Translations under genes and position numbers: made by a program | Part shown: positions 26,714 to 36,545 of the stretch, piece by piece | How the letters are laid out: every line of letters begins with the position of its first letter | How positions within the stretch are numbered: the stretch's first letter is position 1 | DNA from: Abditibacteriaceae bacterium | GTDB lineage: Bacteria; Armatimonadota; Abditibacteriia; Abditibacteriales; Abditibacteriaceae | Assembly: GCA_031425655.1 (NCBI GenBank) | Contig: JANPJS010000258.1 | Span: 1-45,473 of the forward strand | Direction of reading: 5' to 3' | DNA length: 45,473 nucleotides | Notes under the pieces: model-generated | The model's database searches: none | What the model saw: the letters and a program-made list of their open reading frames with translations, nothing else | Told to the model about the DNA's origin: nothing

Positions 26714-29700
26714 ATGCGCTTTCATGCAATGTATCGGTTGTTTTTAATACTGATTTTGGCGGGTGCGGCAGTGAATGCGGCTCCGATAGCAAAGTGGGAT
26801 TTTGGCGTCGAAGAAGCAACGCCTCTTATTGCGCACGGCGGCGTGCATCGTGACCAACCGGGGCCGCGACCACCCATTTTTCCCGATTTCGAGGCCAATA
26901 ACACAGCCGTGAAATTCGACGGCGGCGGCGCGCATTTTTCGTTCGCCGACCCCGGCCCGAACAGTCTTTTCGATTTCACCAACGGCGATGCGATTACCAT
27001 CGAAGCCTGGGTCAATATCAGCGAACTGCGGGCCGGTGAAAACAGCTATGTCATCGGCAAGGGGCGCACCGGCACGCCGGGTTTTGCGCGCGATAATCAA
27101 AACTGGGCTTTGCGGGTGCGCGAAGGCGAAGGACAAGCGCACGTCAGTTTTCTTTTTGCCACCAAGCCCGCCGCAGGCGCCAAAACGGACGCGCACTGGC
27201 ATCGCTGGACAAGCACGGCGGGTTTTACGCCGGGCAGCGGCTGGCATCACATCGCCGTCGCTTATCGCTTCGGCGCAGCGCAAAGCGTGCGCGGCTGGAT
27301 TGACGGCAAGTCGCAAACCGGCACTTGGGACATGGGCGGTGCGACAAACGACGCGCCGGTTGTGGACGATGACGCGATTTGGATTGCATCATCGCAAGGC
27401 GGCGCTGCTTCCAACAGTTTTCGCGGCACATTAGACGAAATCGCCGTTTTCCGTGAGATTTTAGACGATGGCGTAATGGCTTCGCGCTTTCGCCGCGAAG
27501 GTGCAGCTGTGCCGGACAAAACCGCGCCGGACGCCATGCCCGACCTCGGACTGATTCCGCCGGGCCGCGTTTTGGCGACGTTTCACGAAGATTTGGCCGC
27601 GCATAATCGCTGGCCCAATGCCGACGAAGCGATTCCCTCGGAAACGGTGCGCTGGCTGAGCAGCGCGATGCTTTTGCCGCGTTTGCCGCTGCGCTACGAC
27701 GATTGGGGCATTCGCGCCGGATGGAAAGCGCCGGTTTTAGCCCGTCTTGCCGCCGACGTTAGTCTCGCGCCGGGCCGCCATCGTTTTCTAATTCGCTCGC
27801 GCGGCCTCAGCCGTTTGTGGGTCAACGGCGCAGTGGTCGCGCGCACCAAAGCGCACGCCGGTTCGAGCGACGGACACGAAGCGCTCACGCCCGTCGCGGC
27901 GCCGCCTCTGCCCGGATTGCGGCCCGTGAATTATGGCGATCAGGAAGCGTTCGGCGAAGCAATTGTTGGCACGGATGGCCGCTGTCGTGTGGTTTTTGAA
28001 ATTATCTCCGGCGGCAAGAAACTGCGCGCTGAGCCGGGCGAAACCTGCGTTGCTATCCAGACGCCGGACGGCAAATCGTTCGATCTGCTACAGCCGTCGG
28101 GCACAACTACAGCGCCGATTTCTTTGACTGATACGGCTTTTAGCGCCGTTTTGGAGCAGGCCGAAACTTCGTTGGCCGTTCTCGATACCTTAACGCGCCG
28201 CACCGCCGCTGCCGACGTAGATGGATTCTGGCAAAAGCGCCGCGCCTTAGCCCGCGATTGGGTGCGCCAAAACCCCGCGCCGCCGATGCCGGTTGTGAAA
28301 ATAGGTGCGGCGAATCCGATAGACGCTTTTCTGCGCGCGAAAATCGAGCGCGCTTTAGCCGCTTCGTCCGGCACCGCGAATGATTTTCATTCCAAAGTGC
28401 TGCCGGTTTTAAGCGACAATTGCTTCCGCTGTCACGGCGAAAAAGAAAAAGGCGGCTTGCGATTGAACAGCCGCGAGGCCGCGCTCAAAGCCGGCGATTC
28501 CGGCAAAGTCGCTGTTATTCCCGGCGACCCGGCGAGCAGCGAAATCATAAAACGCATTCGCAGCACCAACGAAGAAGAGCGAATGCCGCCAACCGGCCAC
28601 GGCTTGAAGCCGGAGCAAATTACCGCGCTCGAAAATTGGATCAAAGCAGGCGCGTCCTGGCCCGCGCCGCCCATTGCACCCGAAGCCGTCGCCAGCCCGC
28701 CGATTATTGGCGATGCCGCGTTTTTGCGCCGCGTTTATTTCGATACCGTCGGCGTGCCGCCCGCCGCCGAAGAAGTGCGCGCCTTTTTAGCCGACCAATC
28801 GCCCGAAAAACGCACGAAAATCGTTGATAACTTGCTTAAAGACGACCGCTACGCCGATCACTGGGTCAGTTATTGGCAAGATGTGCTGGCCGAAAACCCC
28901 AACATCTTGAAGCCGAGCCTCAATAATAGCGGCCCGTTTCGCTGGTATTTATACGAGGCGCTGCTCGACAATAAATCGCTTGACCGCATGGCCAGCGAAC
29001 TCATCATGCTGCGCGGCAGCGAACGCGAAGGCGGCAGCGCCGGTTTCGGCCTCGCGGCGGATAACGATGCGCCGTTCGCCGCCAAAGGGCACGTTTTGGC
29101 GGGCGCTTTCCTCGGCATCGAACTGCAATGCGCCCGTTGCCACGATTCGCCTTATCACAGCACCAAACAGCGCGATCTTTACGCGCTTTCGGCCATGCTC
29201 GGACGCCGCAGCGTGACCGTGCCCAAAACCAGCACCGTTCCCCTTGCGTTTTTTGAAAAGAAAGCGCGCGAATCTTTAATCAAAGTAACGCTGAAACCGG
29301 GCGAAACCATCGCTGCGGCGTGGCCATTTGCCAAAACGACGGGCGTTGCCGACGATGCGACTTTGGATGCGCTTGTGCAAAAGCCAACCGATTCGCGCGA
29401 ACGCTTGGCAGCGCTGATAACCGCGCCGCAAAACACGCGATTTGCGCAAGTCGCGGTCAACCGCGTGTGGAAACGCCTAATGGGCGCCGGTTTTGTCGAG
29501 CCGGCGCACGATTGGGAAGGTCACGCGGCCAGTCATCCCGAACTGCTCGATTGGCTGGCGCGCGAATTTGTAGCCCATAATTACGATGTCAAGCACATCG
29601 TGAGATTGATTCTCACCTCGCAGACTTATCAGCGCGCCGCGACGGGCCAGAATCGCAACGCCACGCCCGAAATGCGCTTTTTCGCCGCGCCCGAACGCCG

Positions 29701-30421
29701 TCGCTTAACGGCGGAGCAAGTCGTGGATTCGCTTTTCACCGCCGCCGGGCAGCGCATTGAGGTTGAAGAACTGACCTTCGACCCCGACAGCCGCCGGCCA
29801 GCGGATACCATGATAAGTCTTGGCTCGCCGCGCCGCGCGTGGATGTTTTCCACGCTGTCCAACGAGCGCGACCGCCCCAGTTTGAGTTTGCCGCGCGCTC
29901 AAGCCGTGACCGACGTGCTGGAAGCCTTCGGCTGGACAGGTTCACGCCAAAACCCGCGCACCGACCGCGAAAGCGATTCCAATGTTTTGCAACCCGGCGT
30001 TTTAGCCAACAGCCTTGTTTCGGTGTGGATCACGCGCGCCGGCGAAGGCAGCGCCTTAGCGCAACTCGCCGTCGAAGCCAAGTCGCCGGGCGACTTAGTG
30101 GACGCGGTTTTCCTACGCTTTCTCAGCCGCCTGCCTACGGCGCAGGAGCGGGCGCCTCTGGCCCAAGCGTTAGCTGCGGGCTTCACTGCGCGGCTTGTTC
30201 CCGCCGGGGAAATCAAAGCCAACGTGCCGCTTTCGCGCTTGTCGAAAGTTTCGTGGTCGAATCATCTGAGGCCCGAAGCCACGACCGTCAAGCTCGAAAT
30301 GGAGCGCCGCGCCCGCACAGGGGCACCGCCTGACCCGCGTTTGCGCTCGGTATGGCGCGAAACTTATGAAGATTTCGTGTGGAGCCTCATCAACAGCCGC
30401 GAATTCGTCTGGCTGCCGTGA
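26714..30421 (+). CDS. Exported LamG, planctomycete cytochrome c, DUF1549/DUF1553 protein
   Basis: Signal peptide; LamG (TIEAWV, WHHIAV, FRGTLDEI); CFRCH, GGLRL and RMPP; FLRRVYFDTVG, CARCHD, VNRVWKRLMG, HPELLDWLA, RRLTAEQ, LINSREF. Start is 26714 or 26729. Confidence 0.9.
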   Translation: MRFHAMYRLFLILILAGAAVNAAPIAKWDFGVEEATPLIAHGGVHRDQPGPRPPIFPDFEANNTAVKFDGGGAHFSFADPGPNSLFDFTNGDAITIEAWVNISELRAGENSYVIGKGRTGTPGFARDNQNWALRVREGEGQAHVSFLFATKPAAGAKTDAHWHRWTSTAGFTPGSGWHHIAVAYRFGAAQSVRGWIDGKSQTGTWDMGGATNDAPVVDDDAIWIASSQGGAASNSFRGTLDEIAVFREILDDGVMASRFRREGAAVPDKTAPDAMPDLGLIPPGRVLATFHEDLAAHNRWPNADEAIPSETVRWLSSAMLLPRLPLRYDDWGIRAGWKAPVLARLAADVSLAPGRHRFLIRSRGLSRLWVNGAVVARTKAHAGSSDGHEALTPVAAPPLPGLRPVNYGDQEAFGEAIVGTDGRCRVVFEIISGGKKLRAEPGETCVAIQTPDGKSFDLLQPSGTTTAPISLTDTAFSAVLEQAETSLAVLDTLTRRTAAADVDGFWQKRRALARDWVRQNPAPPMPVVKIGAANPIDAFLRAKIERALAASSGTANDFHSKVLPVLSDNCFRCHGEKEKGGLRLNSREAALKAGDSGKVAVIPGDPASSEIIKRIRSTNEEERMPPTGHGLKPEQITALENWIKAGASWPAPPIAPEAVASPPIIGDAAFLRRVYFDTVGVPPAAEEVRAFLADQSPEKRTKIVDNLLKDDRYADHWVSYWQDVLAENPNILKPSLNNSGPFRWYLYEALLDNKSLDRMASELIMLRGSEREGGSAGFGLAADNDAPFAAKGHVLAGAFLGIELQCARCHDSPYHSTKQRDLYALSAMLGRRSVTVPKTSTVPLAFFEKKARESLIKVTLKPGETIAAAWPFAKTTGVADDATLDALVQKPTDSRERLAALITAPQNTRFAQVAVNRVWKRLMGAGFVEPAHDWEGHAASHPELLDWLAREFVAHNYDVKHIVRLILTSQTYQRAATGQNRNATPEMRFFAAPERRRLTAEQVVDSLFTAAGQRIEVEELTFDPDSRRPADTMISLGSPRRAWMFSTLSNERDRPSLSLPRAQAVTDVLEAFGWTGSRQNPRTDRESDSNVLQPGVLANSLVSVWITRAGEGSALAQLAVEAKSPGDLVDAVFLRFLSRLPTAQERAPLAQALAAGFTARLVPAGEIKANVPLSRLSKVSWSNHLRPEATTVKLEMERRARTGAPPDPRLRSVWRETYEDFVWSLINSREFVWLP

Positions 30422-30478
30422 AATCGTCCGGCCAAACGAAGTGGTTGCTACACTCAATTTCGATAAAGGGAGGACGCC

Positions 30479-30742
30479 ATGAACACCCAAACCAAACCCG
30501 CTAAAGCAATCACGCGCCGGACACCGACGCCACGCCCTGCGAAAAAGCAGCCGCGCATTTCGGCGCGCAACCGCGCTTTGCTACGCTTGCTTGACACATG
30601 GGAAAACGCAACGCCAGAGGAAATCGAAGAGCAACGAGAAACTCATGAAGTTCTACAGCGCGCTCTTGTTGAAAACCACTTGTCGCTCAGGATTCCGCTG
30701 GTAGAGCATTTGGAAGAGGAGCCGGACAAGGACGCCCGTTGA
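30479..30742 (+). CDS. Putative antitoxin upstream of a PIN toxin
   Basis: 87 aa, basic N-terminus and acidic C-terminus (LLDTWE...EEQRET), GGAGG RBS, overlaps the PIN gene. Confidence 0.7.
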   Translation: MNTQTKPAKAITRRTPTPRPAKKQPRISARNRALLRLLDTWENATPEEIEEQRETHEVLQRALVENHLSLRIPLVEHLEEEPDKDAR

Positions 30743-31206
30743 TGGCGAAGCTCATCGTGCTGGATAGCGGCGTGCTGGGGCTGGTCACGAACCCTAAAGC
30801 CAGCGCGCAAACCCAAAGCTGCGCGGCTTGGCTGCGTTCTCAAGTGAGGCAAAATGCGCTCATCGTTGTGCCGGAAATCGCCGATTATGAAGTGCGCCGC
30901 GAACTCATTCGTGCCGGAAAAACGCGCGGTCTGCGCCACTTGGATGCTTTTATCAACCTCGCATCCTACGAGCCGTTGACCACCGCCGCCATGCGCCAAG
31001 CCGCGCAATTGTGGGCGCAGGCGCGTCAGAGCGGGCACGCTACCGCCGCAGCGAATGCACTGGACGGAGATGTGATTCTTTGCGCGCAAGCGCTGCAAAT
31101 CGCGGCGCGGCCTCGGCACGCGGGCGATGATCTCGTAGTCGCCACCACTAATGTTCGGCATTTGCAGCACTTTGTCGCCGCTGATGAATGGCAGAGTATT
31201 CTATGA
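30742..31206 (+). CDS. PIN-domain (VapC-like) ribonuclease toxin
   Basis: [42 protein letters not shown]. Confidence 0.85.
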   Translation: MAKLIVLDSGVLGLVTNPKASAQTQSCAAWLRSQVRQNALIVVPEIADYEVRRELIRAGKTRGLRHLDAFINLASYEPLTTAAMRQAAQLWAQARQSGHATAAANALDGDVILCAQALQIAARPRHAGDDLVVATTNVRHLQHFVAADEWQSIL

Positions 31207-32489
31207 ACAGACGCCATTTTCTGACTGCTTCTGCCGGCGCCGCGCTTTCTGCGACGATTTCGCGCCGCGCACAGGCGCAGCCTCAAACCGCGCCGCTGCT
31301 TAAAGGCAAGGCCGAGCATTGCATTTCGCTCTGGCTCGGCGGCGGCATGGGACAGATTGACACCTTCGATCCCAAGCGCAAGGGCGACCCGGCCAAAAAA
31401 ATCGCCGGTTCGTATTACGACAGCATCGAAACCGCAGTGCCGGGCGTGCGAGTCTGCGAGCATTTGAAAAACCTTGCGCCGCTGATGGATCGCGTCACAG
31501 CAGTGCGCACGCTGCATCACGAAGTCATTGACGAACACGCGGCGGCCACCAACCGAATGCACACCGGACGGCCCGTGAGCGGGACGGTTGTTTATCCGTC
31601 GCTTGGTTCCGTGGTCGCGCACGAGCGTGGCACGGCAGCCGAAGGCGCGCCGCCTTATGTTTTAATCGGTTATCCGAATGTGACGCGCGGCCCCGGATTT
31701 TTGGGGGCAAAAGCGGGCTATCTTTACCTGACGGACACCAGTCAGGGGCCGGCGGGATTGTCGCGGCCCGACGGCATCACGCCCGAACGCCAGTCGCGCC
31801 GCGAAGCGTTTTTAAGGGACTTGCACAACGCTCAGCCTGGCTCCGACGATGCGCGTTTGCGCGATTACGAAGCGGCCATCGAGCAAAGTTTGAAGCTGAG
31901 CGGGCCGGAATTCACGCGCAGTTTCAAATTGGACGAGGAAAAAGCGGATTTGCGCGCCCGTTACGGCGGCGAATTCGGCCAGCGTTGTCTTTTAGCGCGG
32001 CGTTTGGTCGAGCGCGGCGTGCGTTTTATTGAGGTGTCGCACAATCTCAATTTTCTCAACGGCACCGGCTGGGACGCGCATAACGAAGGCATCAAGCAAC
32101 AGCACGAGTTGATTCGTGAATTGGATCAAGCGATGGCGGCGCTCATTATTGACTTGGAAAACCGTAAGCTGCTCGACAAAACCCTGATTATCGTGACCAC
32201 GGAATTCGGACGCCCGCCGGAATTCGACAGCGGCGGAGGGCGGGGGCATCATGGCCAAGCCTTTACCTGCGTCTTAGCCGGCGGAGGCTTGAAGCATCGC
32301 GGCGCCTTCGGAGAAACCGACGAATTGGCGCGCAAACCCATCCGGGATTCGGTCAGTGTGCCGGATTTCTTTTCGACCATTCACGCCGCGATGGGCATTG
32401 ACTACACCAAAAGCCACTTCGACGCCGACCGCCCCGTCCCGATCACTGACGGCGGCCAACCCATCGCCTCTCTTTTCGGCACCGTTTGA
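31203..32489 (+). CDS. DUF1501 domain protein with Tat-like signal
   Basis: [55 protein letters not shown]. Confidence 0.92.
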   Translation: MNRRHFLTASAGAALSATISRRAQAQPQTAPLLKGKAEHCISLWLGGGMGQIDTFDPKRKGDPAKKIAGSYYDSIETAVPGVRVCEHLKNLAPLMDRVTAVRTLHHEVIDEHAAATNRMHTGRPVSGTVVYPSLGSVVAHERGTAAEGAPPYVLIGYPNVTRGPGFLGAKAGYLYLTDTSQGPAGLSRPDGITPERQSRREAFLRDLHNAQPGSDDARLRDYEAAIEQSLKLSGPEFTRSFKLDEEKADLRARYGGEFGQRCLLARRLVERGVRFIEVSHNLNFLNGTGWDAHNEGIKQQHELIRELDQAMAALIIDLENRKLLDKTLIIVTTEFGRPPEFDSGGGRGHHGQAFTCVLAGGGLKHRGAFGETDELARKPIRDSVSVPDFFSTIHAAMGIDYTKSHFDADRPVPITDGGQPIASLFGTV

Positions 32490-32585
32490 AAGTTGGTGCA
32501 AACAGCACCAGCGCGACGAGCTTTCAATGCCACATTGGTTCGATTAACCGGGATTTCACAGCGTCATTCAACCGGCGTCTCGTCG

Positions 32586-32843
32586 CTACAGCACTTGGCG
32601 CTCGACAACGCGCGTGGTTTCGACCACGGTTGTCGGAACAGGTGCGGAAACCGGCAGCATGACGTTGATTTGCCCGCCGTTTTCCCACAGCGCGCTGCTG
32701 GCATTGGGGATAACGACCGAAACCACGCCTCCGGTCGCGTCGAAATTCACAGTTACGCTGCCCTGCACTTGCGTTTGCGCCAGCGGCGTCGAAGCTAAGG
32801 TCAGGCTTAAAACATCGCTCATCGGGTCATAGGAAATCAGCAT
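32586..32843 (-). CDS. Small DUF2283-like protein
   Basis: MLISYDPMSDVLSL...VNFDATGGVVSVVIPNAS pattern; AAAGGA RBS. Confidence 0.65.
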   Translation of the reverse strand: MLISYDPMSDVLSLTLASTPLAQTQVQGSVTVNFDATGGVVSVVIPNASSALWENGGQINVMLPVSAPVPTTVVETTRVVERQVL

Positions 32844-32898
32844 TGGAATCAGTCCTTTAAATTGGGTTTCGGACGGCGGGGCAAATGCCTCGCCACTT

Positions 32899-33387
32899 TT
32901 ACATCTTGCCTAAAAATCGGGCGCGGCTGTCGGGGTCGAATTCTTCGAGGTTCTTGACTTCGTAGCGGTTGCCTTCGACATCGGTGAGCAAATAGCGGCC
33001 CGGCTCGACTTCCGAAATCGCTTCGTTAATCTGGCCCATCGAAACTTCGCGCCGTCCCCGGTCGGTTTCCACGTCCCAAAGCGACGAGCCAAAACGCTCC
33101 GTGACGGCGTGAATCACTTTGATTTGCGGCAGAAAATAGCGGCGGCGCAGTTGCGCTTCGATAAGAGCGCGCGGCTCGTCCGGCAAATCGCTGAGATTCC
33201 GCAAAACCGCGAATTCGCGGTCGCCGCCGTCGCGCAAAACGATGTGTTCGGACGGATGCGACAGCGGAAAAGCGCGCATCGCTTCGACGCGCATGGCGCA
33301 GCATTCATCTGCGACGGTCACCCGCAGCGTGCCGTCCGGCGCGACTTCAAAACGCGCTTTGGTCGGGTCGAGATACTCAAATTCCAT
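32899..33387 (-). CDS. DUF1854-like protein
   Basis: RAFPLSHP, LRRRYFLPQI, WDVETDRG, LLTDVEGNRY. Confidence 0.8.
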   Translation of the reverse strand: MEFEYLDPTKARFEVAPDGTLRVTVADECCAMRVEAMRAFPLSHPSEHIVLRDGGDREFAVLRNLSDLPDEPRALIEAQLRRRYFLPQIKVIHAVTERFGSSLWDVETDRGRREVSMGQINEAISEVEPGRYLLTDVEGNRYEVKNLEEFDPDSRARFLGKM

Positions 33388-33440
33388 ATCTTCTCAGGAA
33401 ACCACAGATGAAGGTGGAATGCAGACGGAAGCCGCAAAAT

Positions 33441-33627
33441 TTCAATGGAACACGGGGCTTCGCCACACGGAAACGCACAGATTTACACGGATTTTAATAG
33501 AAGGGGCGAAGGAAATGATTTCTGTGAGCTTCCTACGAATCAAAAGGCACCGCGAAAATCAATTTTCAGTCAAAATTCGTGTAAATCCGTGCGTTTCCGT
33601 GTGGCGAAGCACCGTGTTCCATTGGAA
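33441..33627. repeat. Long hairpin repeat element
   Basis: caatggaacacggggcttcgccacacggaaacgcacagatttacacg ... cgtgtaaatccgtgcgtttccgtgtggcgaagcaccgtgttccattg. Confidence 0.85.
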
Positions 33628-33639
33628 AGTAATGCTGGT

Positions 33640-35757
33640 CTACTCAATCGTCAGCGCATCCACGAAGGCGCGCAGTTGCTTTTGGGCTTCGACGTTGGCA
33701 TCGCGCAATTTGGCGCGCTGTTCGGCCAATTCGCCGACGCGCTTTTCCTGAGCGGTCAGTTTTTCGACGTATTGCTTGTAAAGCGCGCTCTGGCGGTCGA
33801 GGCGATCCATATTCTGGCGAATGCGCGATTGTTCGGCGTCAATGTCGGCGATTTCGCGTTCGACGCGCGCCAATTCGTTTTGCGCGTCGGTGATTTTGCG
33901 GCGTCTTGCCACCAAATCTTCCAATGCAGTGCGCAAAGGCGGCGTCAATTGTGCGTTGCGCGCGTAGCTGACGAGCAGGTTCAAATCTAAATCCACCAAA
34001 GCCAGCGTTTCCATCACGGGCCGCTCAGAAACGACTTTAAAATCCACCGATTGCCCGGCGGCGACCGGGACTTTGAAGCGATATTGCTGAGCAGTTTTTT
34101 CGGGCGCGGCTTTCGGCTCGACAACGGTGAAATCGGCTTCGATGGGCTGCTGCACCAAAACCGTTTTGGCATCGCGGCCTTTATTGCGAAAGGTGTAAAC
34201 GATGTCGCGGAATTCGCGGTGGCGAATGATTAAAACGCCATTTCGCGCCGAAAAGGACACGGTTTCGCGCCGAAAAATCGGCTGTTTGCGGCCCGTTACC
34301 AAATCAAGGTCAACTGCGTAAGAAATCAGGCGTTCTTCGTCCGGCTGTAAGTTGGTCATCTGGGCATCGCCGGCATAAATGCCTTCACGAAAAACCGTGA
34401 TCGGCCCGCCGGCAAGGTGCAAACCTGTGGTGTTTTTGAGGCGCAGACCGAGCAAAGCGCGCTCGCCGGCTTGCGCATCGAAAATCGAAAGGCGCTCGCC
34501 TTCGACCGCTTTGCCGATAATCGGCACCATCGCGGCCTGCTGGCGCGCTAAATTCACCGGCTGCGCGATGGCATATTCAAACAATTCGCCGCGTTCGCCG
34601 CCCTGCGCTAAAGCCGTCGCGCCATCGGCCAATTGCCCGGCAGACAGGCCACTATCGCGGCGCCGGGCGATGCCTTCGGCCAACATATCGTTTTGCGCGT
34701 TGCCGCCAAAGCCACCACCTTCACCGCCAAATGCTCCCGGCGCGCCTGATGGCCCGCGTGCGCCGGGTTGGCTTTTTGCGCGGCGGTCGGCTGCCGGCGC
34801 AGCTTCAGCAACGACTTCTTCTTCGCTCAGGCTCAGCGTTTCACCATAAGTTTGTGGCATCGGCGAGCCGATGACTTGCGGCGCCACAACCGGACGCGGC
34901 ACATAAAGAGGCTGATACAAATCCTGAATAAAGCTAATGGGACGGCCCGAAACCAAGCTCAAATGCACGTTTTGCCAGTCTTCGTCGGTCGTGTTTTCGA
35001 CGATGCCCCAACCTTGCAGATAAGGAGCGCCCGCAGCATCCAAAACAAGGCGATAAGTCGTTTTCCAGACCGGCGTTTCCTGCAAATAACCGACGCGCAC
35101 TTGGCGCGGCGCGCCGGGGCCGAAGTTGATTTTCACGCTGCGACTTTCGTCGTTCAAGCCGCCGGAAAGCAGTTCGAGATTCTGGCGAAATTCGCGGTCG
35201 AGACGCACGTCTAAGAATTGTAAATTCGTCGCGCCTTCGAGCGGAATGGCGACTAAGCCGCGCTCGGTCATCAAGTTCAGAATTTCGCGCGAAACGGTGT
35301 TTTCGCTTTTGGGCAACTGCACGGTTTCCACGCTGACGCTGACGATGCGCCCTTCGTAAGTGCCGCCGCGCGAGGAAACCCGCACGCGCGCTCCTTGAAA
35401 TTGACGCAGCAGCGCGCCAAGCGATACGGTGCCGTCAAGCGAGCGTCCCGCGCCGCGCAAACGCCGGCCCAGCGCGTCTTTGGTGGTGTAAGTCACGGGC
35501 CGCACTTGTCCCTGCGGATCAAGCACGACGAGCGATTTCAAAATATCGTTGATCTGCTCGGCGCGAAACGAAAGCTCAACGCCGTTTGCGCCGTCGCCCG
35601 AAACCTGACCATCGCGGCCAAAATAGCCGACTCCGCTGCTGAAAAGCACCACATCGCGCAACGGCAGAGTGCCCGGCGCGTTGTCATTGCGCGATTCGGC
35701 ACTGTGCGCCGCAACGCATAACAACACCGTCAAACCGCCCATCAGTATCTTTTTCAT
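33640..35757 (-). CDS. Exported DUF4139-like protein
   Basis: Signal peptide, LPLRDVVLFSSGVGYF, INDILKSL, WKTTYRL, VENTTDEDW, LVSGRPISF, C-terminal coiled coil; start ATG 35757 after AAAGGA. Confidence 0.85.
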   Translation of the reverse strand: MKKILMGGLTVLLCVAAHSAESRNDNAPGTLPLRDVVLFSSGVGYFGRDGQVSGDGANGVELSFRAEQINDILKSLVVLDPQGQVRPVTYTTKDALGRRLRGAGRSLDGTVSLGALLRQFQGARVRVSSRGGTYEGRIVSVSVETVQLPKSENTVSREILNLMTERGLVAIPLEGATNLQFLDVRLDREFRQNLELLSGGLNDESRSVKINFGPGAPRQVRVGYLQETPVWKTTYRLVLDAAGAPYLQGWGIVENTTDEDWQNVHLSLVSGRPISFIQDLYQPLYVPRPVVAPQVIGSPMPQTYGETLSLSEEEVVAEAAPAADRRAKSQPGARGPSGAPGAFGGEGGGFGGNAQNDMLAEGIARRRDSGLSAGQLADGATALAQGGERGELFEYAIAQPVNLARQQAAMVPIIGKAVEGERLSIFDAQAGERALLGLRLKNTTGLHLAGGPITVFREGIYAGDAQMTNLQPDEERLISYAVDLDLVTGRKQPIFRRETVSFSARNGVLIIRHREFRDIVYTFRNKGRDAKTVLVQQPIEADFTVVEPKAAPEKTAQQYRFKVPVAAGQSVDFKVVSERPVMETLALVDLDLNLLVSYARNAQLTPPLRTALEDLVARRRKITDAQNELARVEREIADIDAEQSRIRQNMDRLDRQSALYKQYVEKLTAQEKRVGELAEQRAKLRDANVEAQKQLRAFVDALTIE

Positions 35758-35780
35758 AGTTTTCCTTTGCCGGCCCGTTG

Positions 35781-35808
35781 GAGCCGATTTACAGCCGATT
35801 TGTTCCCG
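35781..35808 (-). promoter_or_regulatory. Putative ECF sigma promoter of the DUF4139 gene
   Basis: CGGGAAC-N15-CGGCTC; same spacing as the motif at 36486-36513. Confidence 0.45.
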
Positions 35809-35897
35809 GCGCGAAATCCGTGCGAATGTGTCCAAAGTGCGGCGTGTGCTAAATTTGAAGTGCCGCGCAGGCTCATATTACGCTTTTTCCGCTTCTC

Positions 35898-36506
35898 ATG
35901 CGACCGCCTTTTCTTTCTGCTGCCCCAGTTGCCTCGACGCCGGAAGCCCGGCTCATCGAGCGATGCCGTGCCGGTGACACGGGCGGTTTCGACGAATTGA
36001 TGGCGCAGAATCAAAATCGCGTTTTCAATTTGTGCCTATGGCTGCTGCGCGACCACGAAGCTGCAACCGACGCCACGCAGGAAGTCTTTATTCGCGCTTT
36101 TCGCGGCCTGCATAACTTTCGCGGCGACTGCGCTTTTTCGACGTGGCTGCATCGCATCGCCGTCAATATCTCATCCGATCACGCCACGCGACGCCAACGC
36201 ACTCCCGTTCCACTTTCCACGTTGGAAACCGACGATTCTCCGCTGCCCGAACCCGTTTCGCACGGCGACGAACCCGGCGAAGCTCTGGCGCGCCGCGAAC
36301 GCCGCCAAGCGGTGCGCGCGGCGCTGGAATCATTGCCCGACCATCATCGCTTAGTGCTGGTGCTTTTCGATATTCAAGGCCACGCCTACGAGGACATCGC
36401 GCAGATTTTAGAATTGCCGATGGGCACGGTCAAAAGCCGGCTCAATCGGGCACGCTCCGCGCTCCGTGAGAAGCTCGAAGCGTGTCGGGAACTTTTCGAA
36501 GATTAG
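35898..36506 (+). CDS. ECF (sigma-70 group 4) RNA polymerase sigma factor
   Basis: DATQEVFIRA, FSTWLHRIAVN, YEDIAQILELPMGTVKSRLNRAR. Confidence 0.95.
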   Translation: MRPPFLSAAPVASTPEARLIERCRAGDTGGFDELMAQNQNRVFNLCLWLLRDHEAATDATQEVFIRAFRGLHNFRGDCAFSTWLHRIAVNISSDHATRRQRTPVPLSTLETDDSPLPEPVSHGDEPGEALARRERRQAVRAALESLPDHHRLVLVLFDIQGHAYEDIAQILELPMGTVKSRLNRARSALREKLEACRELFED

Positions 36507-36515
36507 CCGGGTCAC
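36486..36515 (+). promoter_or_regulatory. Putative internal ECF promoter for the anti-sigma and vWA genes
   Basis: GGAACTT-N16-GTCAC across the sigma stop codon. Confidence 0.5.
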
Positions 36516-36545
36516 ACTTTTTGCCTTGAATTTGGTGTTGTTGAA

